From: Chiloscyllium plagiosum
Lineage: Eukaryota
Assembly (NCBI RefSeq): GCF_004010195.1
Contig: NC_057719.1
Coordinates: forward strand, 76,912,702 to 76,976,701
DNA length: 64,000 nt
Reading direction: 5' to 3'
The notes under the pieces are model-generated. The model worked only from the letters and a program-made list of their open reading frames with translations. It was not told the origin of the DNA and ran no database searches. Below, piece by piece: positions 37,412 to 50,712 of the stretch (positions are counted from its first letter, which is position 1; each line of letters starts with the position of its first letter). Position numbers and translations under genes: made by a program.

Positions 37412-38242
37412 TGAAATTCATCATTGAATTTCCGAAATGTACATGTGTGTTTGTCTAGGTTAAACTGTTATTTATATAATAAACATTTAATAACTGTCTC
37501 ACGGTGTGAGGGTTCCCCCTCCCCCACCTCCTAAGCTGCGCTGGAGTAATGTGGGATGTTGATTAAAAAAAACAATTGTCAATCTGACACTTGTGAAAAT
37601 TATGGAATAATAAAAAAAAGGCTGCATAAATGATTATTTATTGGAATATGGAAGATCGTTTTTGTAACTAATACTTAAGAATAAAAATTGTCAATATTAA
37701 TATCAAAGATTTCTGGACTCTGCATTGTTGTAGAAGGTGATTTAAATTTTTTATCTTTTTTGCTGTATTGGTTTTTTTTAATTTTAATTTGTTTTAAATA
37801 GAATTGGAATAAACAAACTTAAAATGTATGTGTTAACCTAATAGGTTGGATTTTAAGTTTATTTAAGCATATTGGTATTTCAATAAGGAACATTTCTGTG
37901 AAATGATAGCTGTCGTTTTTACTGCCCCTCTGCTTTAGCAGCTGGTGTTGTTTTGCCTGTTTTATTACTGCTTGTAATGTCACCTGATTTGTTTTAGGTT
38001 GTGCTTCTGGAAAAATAGCGCGTAACATGTAAGAATAAACAAATGGAAAAGGTGAGGCATTGTGGATATTGCAAAGGAGGCATTGTTTGCTAGGGTTGCA
38101 GAGTTAATGACCGTTCTTTAATGTGCATAAACTAGCTCTAGCTTATGATAACCATTTTTTATAGTAGAGAGATTCCCTATGCATGGCTCTTGGGGAAATA
38201 CTTTTATAGATATAATCCTGTTTAATATGGAGGCTGCATAAA

Positions 38243-38523
38243 CTCATAACAATGGACTTTAAACCAACCTGCATCTCAGTGGTTCCCTTATGGGAGTCAA
38301 ATGTTTTTTGAGGTGTGACCAAGAGACAAAAATTGACACTGAAGCACCAGTACATGGGCAGCATATCTTTTACATGGATGTTATTTTAAAAATGTTAATT
38401 TTGCACAATGGTGGTACTGGTGCTTCAGTGTCAATTTTTGTCTCTTGGTCACACCTCAAAAACATTTAACTCCCATAAACCAACCTGCATCTCAGTAGTT
38501 CCCTTAAAGTCCATTGTTACGAG
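38243..38523. repeat. Foldback (inverted repeat) with an internal 25-nt segment in direct orientation
   Basis: Arms at 38243-38353 and 38414-38523 with a 60-nt spacer. Confidence 0.95.
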
Positions 38524-41500
38524 TATTGCTGCTGGTCCCATTTTCTGGTTCAGCCATGAACATGTCATGTACAACAAAATATTGCAGAGTGCCTTGTGGG
38601 GCAAAAGTAAACACAGATGTGAAATACTTTCCAAGCATGGACGGGTTGGACCAAAGGGTCTGTTTCTATGCTGTACGTCTCTGTGACTCATTCAGAGTTG
38701 GTTTGAGTTTTGTGAGGAACTGAGATAAAAACCATAATGGTGTTGTTTAATTTTCTTGGAGCAAATCTGTTAATTATACAATTATTGGAGATCTGAAAGG
38801 ACAGACAGGATGGTGAGAGACTGGTAGTCATTCAATCAAACCTTCAGCAATGCATATGACCAAAGCTGGCAACCCTACCACAAAGATCTATCAAATACCA
38901 ACAAAATATTTTGAAAAGCTCTGAGGAGGACAGAGAGTAGATTGTGTGCCCAAGATTGCAGTTTTAGCATTAAAGGAAAGAGGAGGTGCATTGCTGTGGG
39001 ATTAGAAGGTACAAGCTAGCAGGTAGGAATGGAAGTGATTACAGTATTAAAGAAGAGTGAGAATGTTGATGGAGGAATGACAATTGTTGTGAGTTGATAC
39101 GTTGGGTCTTTGGAGTTTTTGAGTTGCAGTTTGTGGATGTAGAGCTCAGGAAATCAGGAAGGAGTGTTGTTCTATCAGCTCAGTGAGCCAGAAAACAGTG
39201 AGGATGAAGTGCAGTTAAACGGGTTAATGCTGCAAATAAAAAGGTCAGGCTTGGCAGTGCTTTCACATTAAAAAAGTTGTTTTCAAAATAGTTTCCCAAA
39301 AATAATGCGTCATCAATAGAAACAGAAGTGTAGATTCTATTTCATTAAACAACCGAATGCAGTGAAATGTTTGTAAATCATGGTTGTGTTGCAGCAACTT
39401 TCTTTTGCACCTCAGTATTTGTTTCACAGGAAATGGCAATGATGAGATGCCACATGGTCAATGTGCAAGTGGTAGCACTTTGACATTATGGACAATAGTG
39501 GACACTGAAGTGGTGAAGCTTGGTAGTTGTGCTGGTGAAGCATTGAATCCTGTTCACTCTCCTCTTATTCCTGCAACATGCCCACGTTTGTTTCTCTCTT
39601 CCTCGCTCTCTTACCTTATCACCCCTCCACCCTCTCCCCTTCTTGTCCTCTCTTCCCCCTCCCCCAGTATTCTTTCTGTGCATGCACACATTTTTATCCT
39701 CTGTGATATTGTAAATGTGCTCTGTTCTGAATTGATTATACATTTGCTAAATTTATGGAGGATGGTCAGTGACTGGAGGGGAAGAATCTAGTACTATGTT
39801 GGCATCAAGTCTAAAGGAATAATCTTCAGTGCCTTGCTGTAACTACTGTTTGTCTGAATGGAAAATTACCCACTACCAGAATCCTTCTCAACTTAATGAG
39901 TGTAAATCAACAGAATGGAAACAAATGAAGCAGATGAATTGGAAGGCTTATGTTGCATCTCAAGTTCCAGTCAATCTGGTGAGGTTGTATTTTCGTAGTG
40001 TTAGAACAAAAAAAGTAAGCATTTCAACTCTAACTGAACAGTAACAAAGCACAGATGGAGTATGCGTTATTCTTTAAGACGAGCAACATAACTGACTTCA
40101 TGAAGTCATCAAACATTATTATAACTTTTTTGTTTATATTTGAGAAAGCTGTTTACAGAACTATCTAGGTAATTGTGTATCTGACAACTGCACAGAGGTA
40201 AATTGGCTTTGGTTGTACTATAGCTGTTTGAAAGGAAGAAAATAGACCCTGTGAGCATTGATTTTTTTTGAGTCTCAGTGACACACATCTTCCAGTGAGT
40301 GAGAACTCCAACATGCTATAAAACATTTCCCTTGCTATTACAGAGTGCCCATAACTAACTTTGAGAGAAATGCCATCTTTAGTATTTCATGGAAGCTTCT
40401 TAAATTCTTATCTCAAAGTTTAAAATAATTAGTAATTATTTTCAATGAGTGTTTATTAAGTTTAATAATAATGAGGCAGAATTGTGACATTGATTCTGAT
40501 GGGAAATATTTATATGAAATAGTACTTTTTGATTTAAATTAAATGGGAATGTTTTGAGAGAGTAGTTTATTGTATAATAATATTTCATTGTGTATTTGAG
40601 AATTCCACTTCACAGAAGTTCCATACGAAATGCTAGAATGACACTGAGCTGTGCACACGATGTTTGGTCTCTGGTCTTTTTTGTCTTTAATGATCTTTTA
40701 AGGACACTCCAGTTAACCTTACATTTGAAGGATGTGTTGGGGAATATGGTATGGAATGATGCTGGAGTGATGTCAAGGTTCATGAAAGAATTGTTTGGTT
40801 TTCCTAACCTGATTGCTCTCGAGCGACAATCACTTCTGCTAGGAAGTGAGAAAGTGTTTGGTTGAAGTTGGATTGGGGTTGGCTGTGATTCTGAAGCTTG
40901 TGACTCTGGCTCATTCATGAATAATAGGCACCAACATGAGAGGATTACGGAAGTCTTCCTCCAGCAGTAGTTGCTATCTTTTGTAGTGAAGAAATAGGGC
41001 GGGCTGAAGCATTTAGAACCATCAATTACTAAGAATATTTATTGGATCTTGATTTGACTAACAGCCTGGATAAATTTTATGCTTCAATTTTTGTCAGTCT
41101 TTATAAGGTTAGAAGTGGGAAAACTGCACATCTGATGTTGAACAAGAAAATGTTGTTGACCCTGAAATACCTTGTTTGAGGGAATATTTCTGTGTAGTAT
41201 TTTGGTTTAAACAAAAAAAACTTTTCTCATCACAACAGTAGAATGTTTTCCAACTTCCTTTGAATTTTCCCCCTTATTCCTTTCAACTTTGTTTCTTTTG
41301 AGATAGTCACTTGTGTTTTAGTACGTTTTCCTGCATGGCAGCTGTCTTCTGGTATCTTTTGCTGACCGATGAGTATTACCAGGCAGTTTGGATGAAGTGG
41401 GAGAAGGACATATCACAGCTAGGCTCAATCTTTTCATTTATTGAGTATTCACACAGCTGCACCCAGCTGGAGTCACAGGACAATGGAACCAAGTGCTTTC

Positions 41501-43849
41501 ATGGTCAACTAATATGATACATATTTTAATTTGGATAATTGACTTGATGAGATGCATTTAAAAATATGATAATCAAAATGCCCATGTTGTATCTCTCAGG
41601 GCATTGAAACATTTTCCAGTTGGTTGCTGGAATGCTTGATGATAGATTTTGACCGGCACTCCACTTGCCAGCTGGAACTTTCTTTCACTTCTACACAGGT
41701 CAAAAGGTTGATTTCAAGTGCCAGTGCCATGAGAAACTGATGGGGAAAATAACACATTTGGATTAGAGTAGTGGGATTTATGACAGGATATTGCGCCACA
41801 GAAAATCATTCGCTTTACTGTTGTGATTTGTTCTGATCTCTTCCAGATGTGCTATTGGATTTGTGTCTTCTGTTGCCCACTGATTGTGTCTACATAAAGG
41901 CTGAAATTATAGCCACAAGCTTCTTGTGCTCCTACATATTGAGAGCTTTTAAAAAGAAACATGATAATGCTAATTCCAAGTTTCAATAACCTCAACAAAG
42001 GCTTTACTGTGTCTTTTTGTAGACTATAATTTGAGTTTTGTTTTTGCAACGGTTATTGTAATTTTGATGCCATGCAGCCTTGAACAATAAAAGAGAGAGA
42101 TCAATTCCAAATGTTGACCACAGCTGCAATAATGTAGCCTTCACAGGAAAACTCTTGCAATATCTAGTTAAAAACTGTCAATACTTCTGAAGCAAGCAAT
42201 GCTGTAGTGAGAAATATTTCAGTGGAGTGAATGAACAAGCTGAAGCTAAGAGCTTTCAAGCCATTGTTAGGATCAGAATTCAAAATCTCTCAAATTAGGC
42301 CACAACAAACTTTTCAGAATTTTGCTCCGCTCCAAATAATCAGCATAAGTTGAATTTTATTCCCAAAGTTCAAAACAAGTCATTGGGCATCATTCTTTCG
42401 GGCCCAAACTCACTCACTGACTTGCAGAAATTTATTTACTCTAAGATGTCTGAGCCAAGGCATGTAGAAAAGCAGAGTAGCTTTAAACCAAAATTGAGTG
42501 AAAGCCAGTAGTGTATAGAACCTTTTAAAGCCTGACTGTTTTCAAGGTTCCCCCAGAGAATGCTCCTCATACCCATTGCCACTTGCAGTGCATTTGTGCA
42601 CAGTATTTACAGTAAAATTTATTATTTTGGCAAGCACAATAATTTAATTGAAGGGATTACGACTGTTGCACAGGAGAAGAAAATTTGTGTATTGCTGAAA
42701 TTATATGAACAATCTTCCCCATCCTAATGGTTATAGTCATAGCCATTGAGCCTCTCACTTCCCTAAGAGCATTGGAGTTCTTGTTCTGCATTCTCCACCT
42801 CTTCCCAACCTACCCTCTAACAATTTCCTGTTTGTTTTTTTTCCTTTGTGCAGAATATCTTTATTAGAAATTAATGATTCTTAGTCAACCAATCCAAATA
42901 TCCAATTTCATTCAATAAGTTGGAATGATTGCATTAAATGCTCTTGCATTGTCTTTTGCTGGTGTAGAGAGGAGCCAAGCGATTTGAAGTGAGTGTCCAG
43001 GTATGCTACATTGGTATCCCTGCAGCATACAGGTGATTGTATGCTGAATTCCGTGGAATTTAGCTAAATGGTCATCATCATCTTTTCCCCATCTGCTTTC
43101 TGCCATCTCATTCTCTTTGGGTTTAGGGGATTCCCATGGCTGAATTGAAACTATTATGAACACCGCACAAGCAGAATTCCAAAAAGGCTTGCTGGTTCAC
43201 AGTAATGAACTAAAATTGTGACCACTTTTATTTGTCTAGCATAGGTTTGTTCCATTCAAGCAATTATTGAATAGCAGATTATTGTATCATCGTTCATTAT
43301 TGGAACTGAACTGACATTTAAAGGCATGCAGATCTAATGAAGTACGTCTATAGTTCAACTATCACTTCTGTGCTTGCTGACTAAGCTGCATTGGCTCTCA
43401 ATATCTTCAATTTAAACTTTTCATCCTCTGATTTAAACTTCTTAATGGCCGACACAATCTACTGTAAAAGTTCTCTACTTCATATTTTTCAAACTCTGCC
43501 ATCTTTAGTATAACTTGCTGTCTTCATTCACTATAAGCGGCTGAGCCTTCATTGCTTTGATTAGCCAGCAATAACTGGATGTTGTTGCAACATACAGCAA
43601 CTGAACCTTTCTAATCTGCCTTGAATTTGTTTGAAAGAGATAATCTATTCATTGCTGTGTTTTGCAGAAAATTATACTTAGCTTCAACCAGTTATAATGT
43701 ATGTTTTTGTGGGAAGGTGAGATTGGAAAGAGAGGCAACATATGATATAATTCGTACATTTAACTGTGGACTGATCTCTACAGAACCCAACAATGTGTAC
43801 ATTAGGATATTGCCCGGATTTATATTTCTATTTCAGTTTTTTAATTAAT

Positions 43850-44210
43850 GATTTTGTGGGGTGAAGGTGTCATTAGAAAGGTCCGTGTTTGTTACCCATC
43901 TCTAATTGCCTTTGAATTGAGTGCCTTGCTGGGTCATTTCAGAGGGTATTTAAGGATTAATCAAACTTAAGTCAGACCAAGTAAGGATGGCAGATTTACT
44001 TCCCTAAAGCTTGATAGTGAACCAGAGAAGTTTATACAATAGAGGAAGATAGTTTCATGGTCACTATCACTGATATAAGCTTTTATATTCCACATTTATT
44101 AAGTGAATTTAAATTCTACCAGCCCTGTGGTGGGATTTGAATGTGTTGCCTCAGAGCATTGTATTGAACCTCTGGATTAACAGTTCAGTGACATTGCCAG
44201 TATATCATCC
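43850..44210 (-). mobile_element. Second ~350-bp tRNA-headed SINE (family of 6295-6655)
   Basis: Same order of tail, junction (aattgcctttgaattgagtg), body and head. Confidence 0.7.
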
Positions 44211-44409
44211 TTTCTGTCTAATTATCAGTATCTAAAAGAAAAGATTGCAAATATTAGATGCTGTCTGTTCCATCCAGTTCTGAAGATGTCTTTGGATTTG
44301 AAGCGATAACTCTTTCTCTATCCAGAGATGTTGCCAGACATGCTGAGTTTCTCTGCATTGGTGGTGCTGGAAGAGCACAGCAGTTCAGGCAGCATCCGAG
44401 GAGTAGTAA

Positions 44410-44445
44410 AATCGATGTTTCGGGCAAAAGCCCTTCATCAGGAAT
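44410..44445 (-). ncRNA. Minimal hammerhead ribozyme-like motif
   Basis: ATTC-CTGATGA-A-GGGC-TTTT-GCCC-GAA-ACAT-C-GATT. Core boxes are intact, helix I is weak and the ACGT palindrome is altered. Confidence 0.6.
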
Positions 44446-44646
44446 AAAGGCAGAGAGCCTGAAGTGTGGAGAGATAAGCTAGAGGAGAGTGGGGGTGGGG
44501 AGAAAGTAGCATAGAGTACAATAGGTGAGGGGGGGAGGGGATGAAGGTGATGGGGCGGGGGGATGGTGGAGTGGATAGGTGGAAAAGAAGATAGGCAGGT
44601 AGGACAAGTCATGGGGACAGTGCTGAGCTAGAAGTTTGGAACTGGG

Positions 44647-44788
44647 NNNNNNNNNNNNNNNNNNNNNNNNNNNNNNNNNNNNNNNNNNNNNNNNNNNNNN
44701 NNNNNNNNNNNNNNNNNNNNNNNNNNNNNNNNNNNNNNNNNNNNNNNNNNNNNNNNNNNNNNNNNNNNNNNNNNNNNNNNNNNNNNNN
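44647..44788. other. Assembly gap (142 N)
   Basis: Run of N inside the Penelope-like element. Confidence 0.99.
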
Positions 44789-47700
44789 GAGGTGAGGGAG
44801 GAGGTGTGGGCACAGGTTTTACAGTTCCTGCGGTGGCAGGAGAAAGTGCCAGGATGGGAGGGTGGGTCGTAGGGGGGGCGTGGACCTGACCAGGTAGTCA
44901 CGGAGGGAACGGTCTTTGCGGAAGGCGGAAAGGGGTGGGGAGGGAAATATATCCCTGGTGGTGGGGTTGTTTTGGAGGTGGCGGAAATGTCGGCAGATGA
45001 TTTGGTTTATGCGAAGGTTAGTAGGGTGGAAGGTGAGCACCAGGGGCGTTCTGTCCTTATGGTTGGAGGGGTGGGGTTTGAGGGCGGAGGATGGGTTGAT
45101 TTTTAGAAGTCAGTCCAAGGTTTAGATTTGTATTACTGAGAAAGTGCCAGATATTTATGCGTGAAAGCAATGACAGCAGTTTGTGTCAGTCATGAGTAAA
45201 CCCTGAATTTCCTAGCAACCTGGAAAGGTGTTATAGGTGTTGGGCTGTAACCTATCGATATACTTAAACAGAAAGGGAGTTGTGATAAAAAATGAATAAT
45301 TAACTTTCTATGTTGGTGAAAAGCTAATGTATTTCACATTGCGATGGAAAGAGGGCACAGAACCATTTTTTGAGATGGTTATGGAACACCCTACAAACCA
45401 TAAATCTCAGACAGCAGCTGTTTGGTGTGGTCAGCAGAGTGAAAACGATGTGTGAATTTGCAAACTGCCACTGTTTATTGCAGTAGATGAATGTTCTTTA
45501 ATGGAAGAGATACATCCTGCAACTATCTAAAAATTCATGGAGATTTATTTTGGCATGTCCAGTGGCTGAAGAATAATTGGAACAAGCTTCACTGCTTCTG
45601 GTGAATTTAAGAAACTCTCTGAAACTGAGACAGTACTTGGAGACAGTCATTTCAAGTAATGATGTGAAGTGAGGATATGAGAACCCATTAGAAACTGGGA
45701 GCATCTATAGATTGCATTGCGTGCGAACATTGGCCAGACCATTCAGGAGAGATGTTAGGAAGCACTTCTACTCACAAAGGGTGGTAGATGATTGGAACAC
45801 TCTTCCATAATGGCAGCTGATGCTGGATCAGTTAATGTTAAATCTGAGATAGTATCTTTACTTAACAAAAATGTATCAAAAGGCATGTGTCCTGAAGGCA
45901 GATACAGTATATAGAGTTAAGCTGCAGATCAGCTATGATCTGTCTCATTGAATGGTGGAACAGGGTGCTCCTGTTTGTACGTTCACAATTTGAGTTCGGT
46001 TTAAGTCGAATACAGTTAGAAATTGGGAAATATGTTGATATCTAAAAAAAATTGACATGAAGCTGTTGGATTGATAGAACTTAGAGTATTAAGAAAAACA
46101 TAGACTGCAAAATAGATAGAATGAATATAATCCAAGATAAGGCAGAGTTGACCTTTATTTGGTAGGTAGCAGATAGTGACAAAAGGTGTTATGAGTATGA
46201 ATGGAAATGTGCAAGGGATATCAAATTCGATGCATTTTTAGTTTCAAAGTTATAGTAGGACATTAGGATGGTCAGACACAATTTGTACCTTTTTGAAAAT
46301 TAAATTACTTTGTGCCATTATGTGGAGTAGAAAAGGAAAATTGCACACCAGGCATTCCAAGAAGTTAATATTGAATTGGGTGAGGGTTCAACAAAAATAA
46401 CGTGAACAGAAATCACTTATCAACTAAATAATAGCATTAAAGAATTATGCCCCTTCAAAACCAGTTGGTTTCCTGGTTTTAGAAGAAGTAGGTGAAAACA
46501 CCTTAAATATTTTCAGCTGAATGAAAAGAACTAGCATGAATTAGGCTTGCCTAATGAAAATGATTTGAATGGCTCACTAAAGTTGTGGAAAGTTGAGTAT
46601 CATTAGGTGTTATTTATATGAACTTTCAGAAGGCATTCAGTGAAACCTCTGGTAAGACATTGTCAGCTAAATCTTAAGCTCATGGAATTTAAGAAAGATT
46701 ACTTAGGGGATTGGCTGAGCAGCCGATAGAGAAACCCGTTAATTGGTAGAAACAAGCAAAGAAAATGCTAGAGAAGCTCAGCAGATCCGGCAGAAATTTG
46801 CTGGAATATTTTTCACTTGACAGGCAGAGGATGATCAAAGGGGCCAGATAAGACGATAAGAAACAGGAACAGGAGTAGGACATTTGGTCTCTCGAGTCCT
46901 GGTCTGCTATTCAATATGATCATGGCTGATCTGATATTCCTCAAATCCCCCTTTTCCCCATAACCCTTCATTCTCCTACCAATTAAGAATCTAATTATCT
47001 CAGCCTTAAGTATTCACAAGGACTTTGTCCCCACTTCTCCCGATGGCAAGGAGTTCCAAAGTCACTTGAGCATCTGTGATGATCTGAGATTTTGTTAGCA
47101 AAAGACTTTAATGGGTATGAGGTAAAGCTGGACATTGAGAATTAGATCATGGATTATCAGTAATCTCATTGAATCGTGTTCTTACAGGTTTGAGGGGCTG
47201 AATGGTGCTCGCCCATGTGCAAGTTTGCTGCAATTAAAATAACTTAGTTTTCATTTTTGAATCTGTTGGCGTCTATTACTGTAGCTGCCTAACATACCTG
47301 ATATAATAGCATAAATTCCCAGTCGTGAGTTTGTCCCTCAGTCTGCCCACTGTTCGTTCATTCTTTCGTCATTTTTGTTGATTTGCCAGTTCACTCTGCT
47401 TGCAGCAACCCTGTTTTTCCATCTCTTTTTGTCCTTTCCCATAGATACTAATTCTGGTTGGAATACAGTTTCATGGACAATGTTTCTTTGGCAGCTGGAA
47501 GTTAATTTAAGTTCTGTTTTAAATACCAAATGCAATTGGCAAGTACATGTAAAATATCTTCCAGTGCTGCCTAAATCAAGGCCAACTTTATGTGGATTGA
47601 TAAATCAAAAAGTTAGAATTAGTAACTGTTTACAACCTTCAGAGGCTCACTGGCATTAGTTGGGAGGCTTGCCAACTGTAACTTCACATTGCAATAGTGT

Positions 47701-48641
47701 ATTGCTCAAATTTTAAGTCTGCAACTTATTGTATGTCAGATGAGAAATGCTGCTAATGTGGGCAATTGCTTTGAGTTGCAAACAAGAAATAATCATTTAT
47801 GCAGTTGCATCATTAATTTAAAAAAACCAGCTTTGCTTGCAATGTTTAATTATTTATACATGGTGCATCTATGATTTTGTGGAAAAATGACCTTTGGCGT
47901 CAACTTCAGTTGGTACCTCCTGTGTTGTTTTTATTGTCGATGATTGAAGGAAAACAGCTGCAAGCAATGTTGGATCATGCAGATTGTTAGTTATGTGCAG
48001 CTTACCATAAATGATAAAAGCATGGCCAGACCTAAGTAAACAGTCAAATGGTCTGCAAACTGGTCTGATTCTGCAGATTGCTATATTTAATTCAATTTTG
48101 CACATTAACTCCATGAGTACTGAACTTGTTGATGTAACTTATTAATGTTTTTGCTTATATAACTAAGTATTTTTAAAAAAAAGTTAGTTCCTTCTGTTCA
48201 TTCTGTTCTCTGAATAAGCCACCTCAACTGATCACATGGATACCTGTGTATAATTACAAAGTGAGCATTTAGTTGTGTTTAAATGTTTATGAACTGTTGT
48301 GTTTATGATTTGTTTCCTGGACCTTGAGTTTGGATCACTGCCTTGTACTATTCTTGAAAAACCCATTGATGATGAAGCCATTAAAACTGTCAGCGCTTGC
48401 CAAACTGAACATTGAACATTGGTTCCAGCAAAAAAGCCTTATGGTACCTGTAAATGAAATACCTTTTATCAGATTGAGTGAGATGGGATTAATTAGTGAC
48501 CACATAGGAAAGGGTCCTCTAGGGAAAAGTTGATCATAGCATGCTGGAATTTCAGATTTAGTTTGAGGTTGAGAAATTTGAGTTACACACTACCTTTGTT
48601 TAAACACCAGAAGACAATTACATAGGTGTGAGGACAGATTT

Positions 48642-49271
48642 AGACAATAGACAATAGGTGCAGGAGTAGGCCATTCAGCCCTTTGAGCCTGCACCGCCAT
48701 TCAATATGATCATGGCTGATCATTCCTAATCAGTATCCTCTTCCTGCCTTATCTCCATGACCCTTGATTCCACTATCTTTGAGAGCTCTATCCAACTCTT
48801 TCTTAAATGAATCCAGAGACTGGGCCTCCACTGCCCTCTGGGGCAGAGCATTCCACACAGCCACCACTCTCTGGGTGAAGAAGTTTCTCCTGAGCTCTGT
48901 CCTAAATGGTTTACCCCGTATTTTTAAGCTGTGTCCTCTGGTTCGGCACTCACCCATCAGCGGAAACATGTTTCCTGCTGCCAGAGTGTCCAATCCTTTC
49001 ATAATCTTATATGTCTCAATCAGATCCCCTCTCAGTCTTCTAAACTCAAGGGTATACAAGCCCACTCGCTTCAGTCTTTCAGTGTAAGATAATCCCGCCA
49101 TTCCAGGAATTGACCTCGTGAACCTACGCTGCACTCCCTCAATAGCCAGAATGTCTTTCCTCAAATTTGGAGACCAGAACTGCACACAGTACTCCAGGTG
49201 TGGTCTCACCAGGGCCCTGTACAGCTGCAGAAGCACCTCTTTGCTTCTATACTCAATTCCTCTTGTTATGA
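48642..49271 (-). mobile_element. Young 5'-truncated CR1 (second subfamily)
   Basis: Open 168-aa ORF2 C-terminus, tail agacaatagacaatag, and 6-bp TSD AGATTT at 48636-48641 and 49272-49277. Confidence 0.92.
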
Positions 49272-50565
49272 AGATTTGGCTCTAATGGACTGGGCAGACA
49301 AACTAAAATATTGGGTAGCTGATGAACAGTTGCAGACATTCAAGGAAATAGTAAATTCCTCCCAAATAAAATGTATTTCAGAGATGAAAAAAGATAGATA
49401 AAAGCAAAAGGCTTACTATATTTCAGAGGTCAGTGGCAGTCTGGAGGATTGGGACACTTTTAAAGACCAATGAACTGTTACTAAAAAAAAAAGTGATTAA
49501 AAAGAGAAAAGGTAAGTTACGGAAAAAAATGCAAAATCTAAAAGCTGATCGTGCAACCTTCTGTATATGAGAAGTGTGAGAGTAGCTAAAGTGAATACAG
49601 TATTGGTCCCTTAGAGGAAAAACTAGGATGTTAGTAAGGGGGAGAACACAAATGACCGAGACGCTAAATCAAAATTTTGTCTCAGTTTTCATTGTGGAGT
49701 TTACTAAACCATCCCAATAGTAGCAGGTAATGTAGAGGTTATAGAAAAGGAAAAACTCAAAGCAATCACTGTCACTAGGCAAAATGTACTGAGTAAATTA
49801 TTGGTGTTAAAGGCAGGCAAGTCCCCAGAGCCAGATTGGCTGCACCCGAATGTCTTGAAAGAAATAGCAGTATAGATAGTGGATACATTGACTATAATAT
49901 TTCAAAATTTCCTGGATTCTGGAAATGTACCAGTTGATTGGGAAAATGCTAATGCAATCCCTAATTCAAAAAGGGGGAGAGGCAGTAAGTAGGAAACTAC
50001 AAATCAGTTAGTTTATCATCTGTCATTGGGAAATTGTTGGAATCTATTATGAAGAAAGTATTGTGGTAATGAGACATTTGGAAAGTCAATCCAAACCATC
50101 AGAGTTAACATGATTTTATGAAGGGTATGCTGAGTTTGACTGACTAATTTGCTAGAGTTAGTCAAAGATGGAACAAGCAAAGTGGATAGTAGGGCTCCTT
50201 AGGTGCAGTATATCTAGACTTTAAGAAGGTGTTTAAGGTGCTGCATAGAAGGTTAATACAGAAGGTAATATCATGCAGAGTTAGCTTGGATAGAGTATTG
50301 TCTAACCAATAGAAAACAGAGGTTAACTGTGTATTTTTCTGGTAGGCAAAATATAGCTAGTTAGGTGCTACAGGGTTGGTCTTTGGGACCTCCACTTTTA
50401 ATAGCCAGTATTAATGACTGTGATGCAGGCATAGAATATACTGTTGCCAAATTTGCATACAACTCTAAAATAGATGGGAAACTAAGTTGCAATAATGAAA
50501 TAAGAAATTCATAAATGGATGTGGATGGGCTTGGGTGCATAGACCAAAATTTGGCAGATGGAGCT

Positions 50566-50712
50566 TAAGACCATAAGACCATAAGACATAGGAGCGGAAG
50601 CAAGGCCATTCGGCCCATCGAGTCCACTCCGCCATTCAATCATGGCTGATGCGCATTTCAGCACCAGTTCCTCATATGTTAGACCTGTCATTCCAGGGAT
50701 CATCCGTGTGAA
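50566..50712 (-). mobile_element. Short internally deleted copy of the young CR1 family
   Basis: (TAAGACCA)n tail plus 3'UTR nearly identical to 24792-24881, joined to sequence matching 25390-25434. Confidence 0.93.

Larger units (their letters stand above)
44358..45092 (-). mobile_element. Relatively young Penelope-like element 3' part spanning an assembly gap
   Basis: LTFHPTNLRINQIICRHFRHLQ...IFPSPPLSAFRKDRSLRDYLVRS and C.RRNCKTCAH. Hammerhead core at 44410-44445. Confidence 0.9.
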
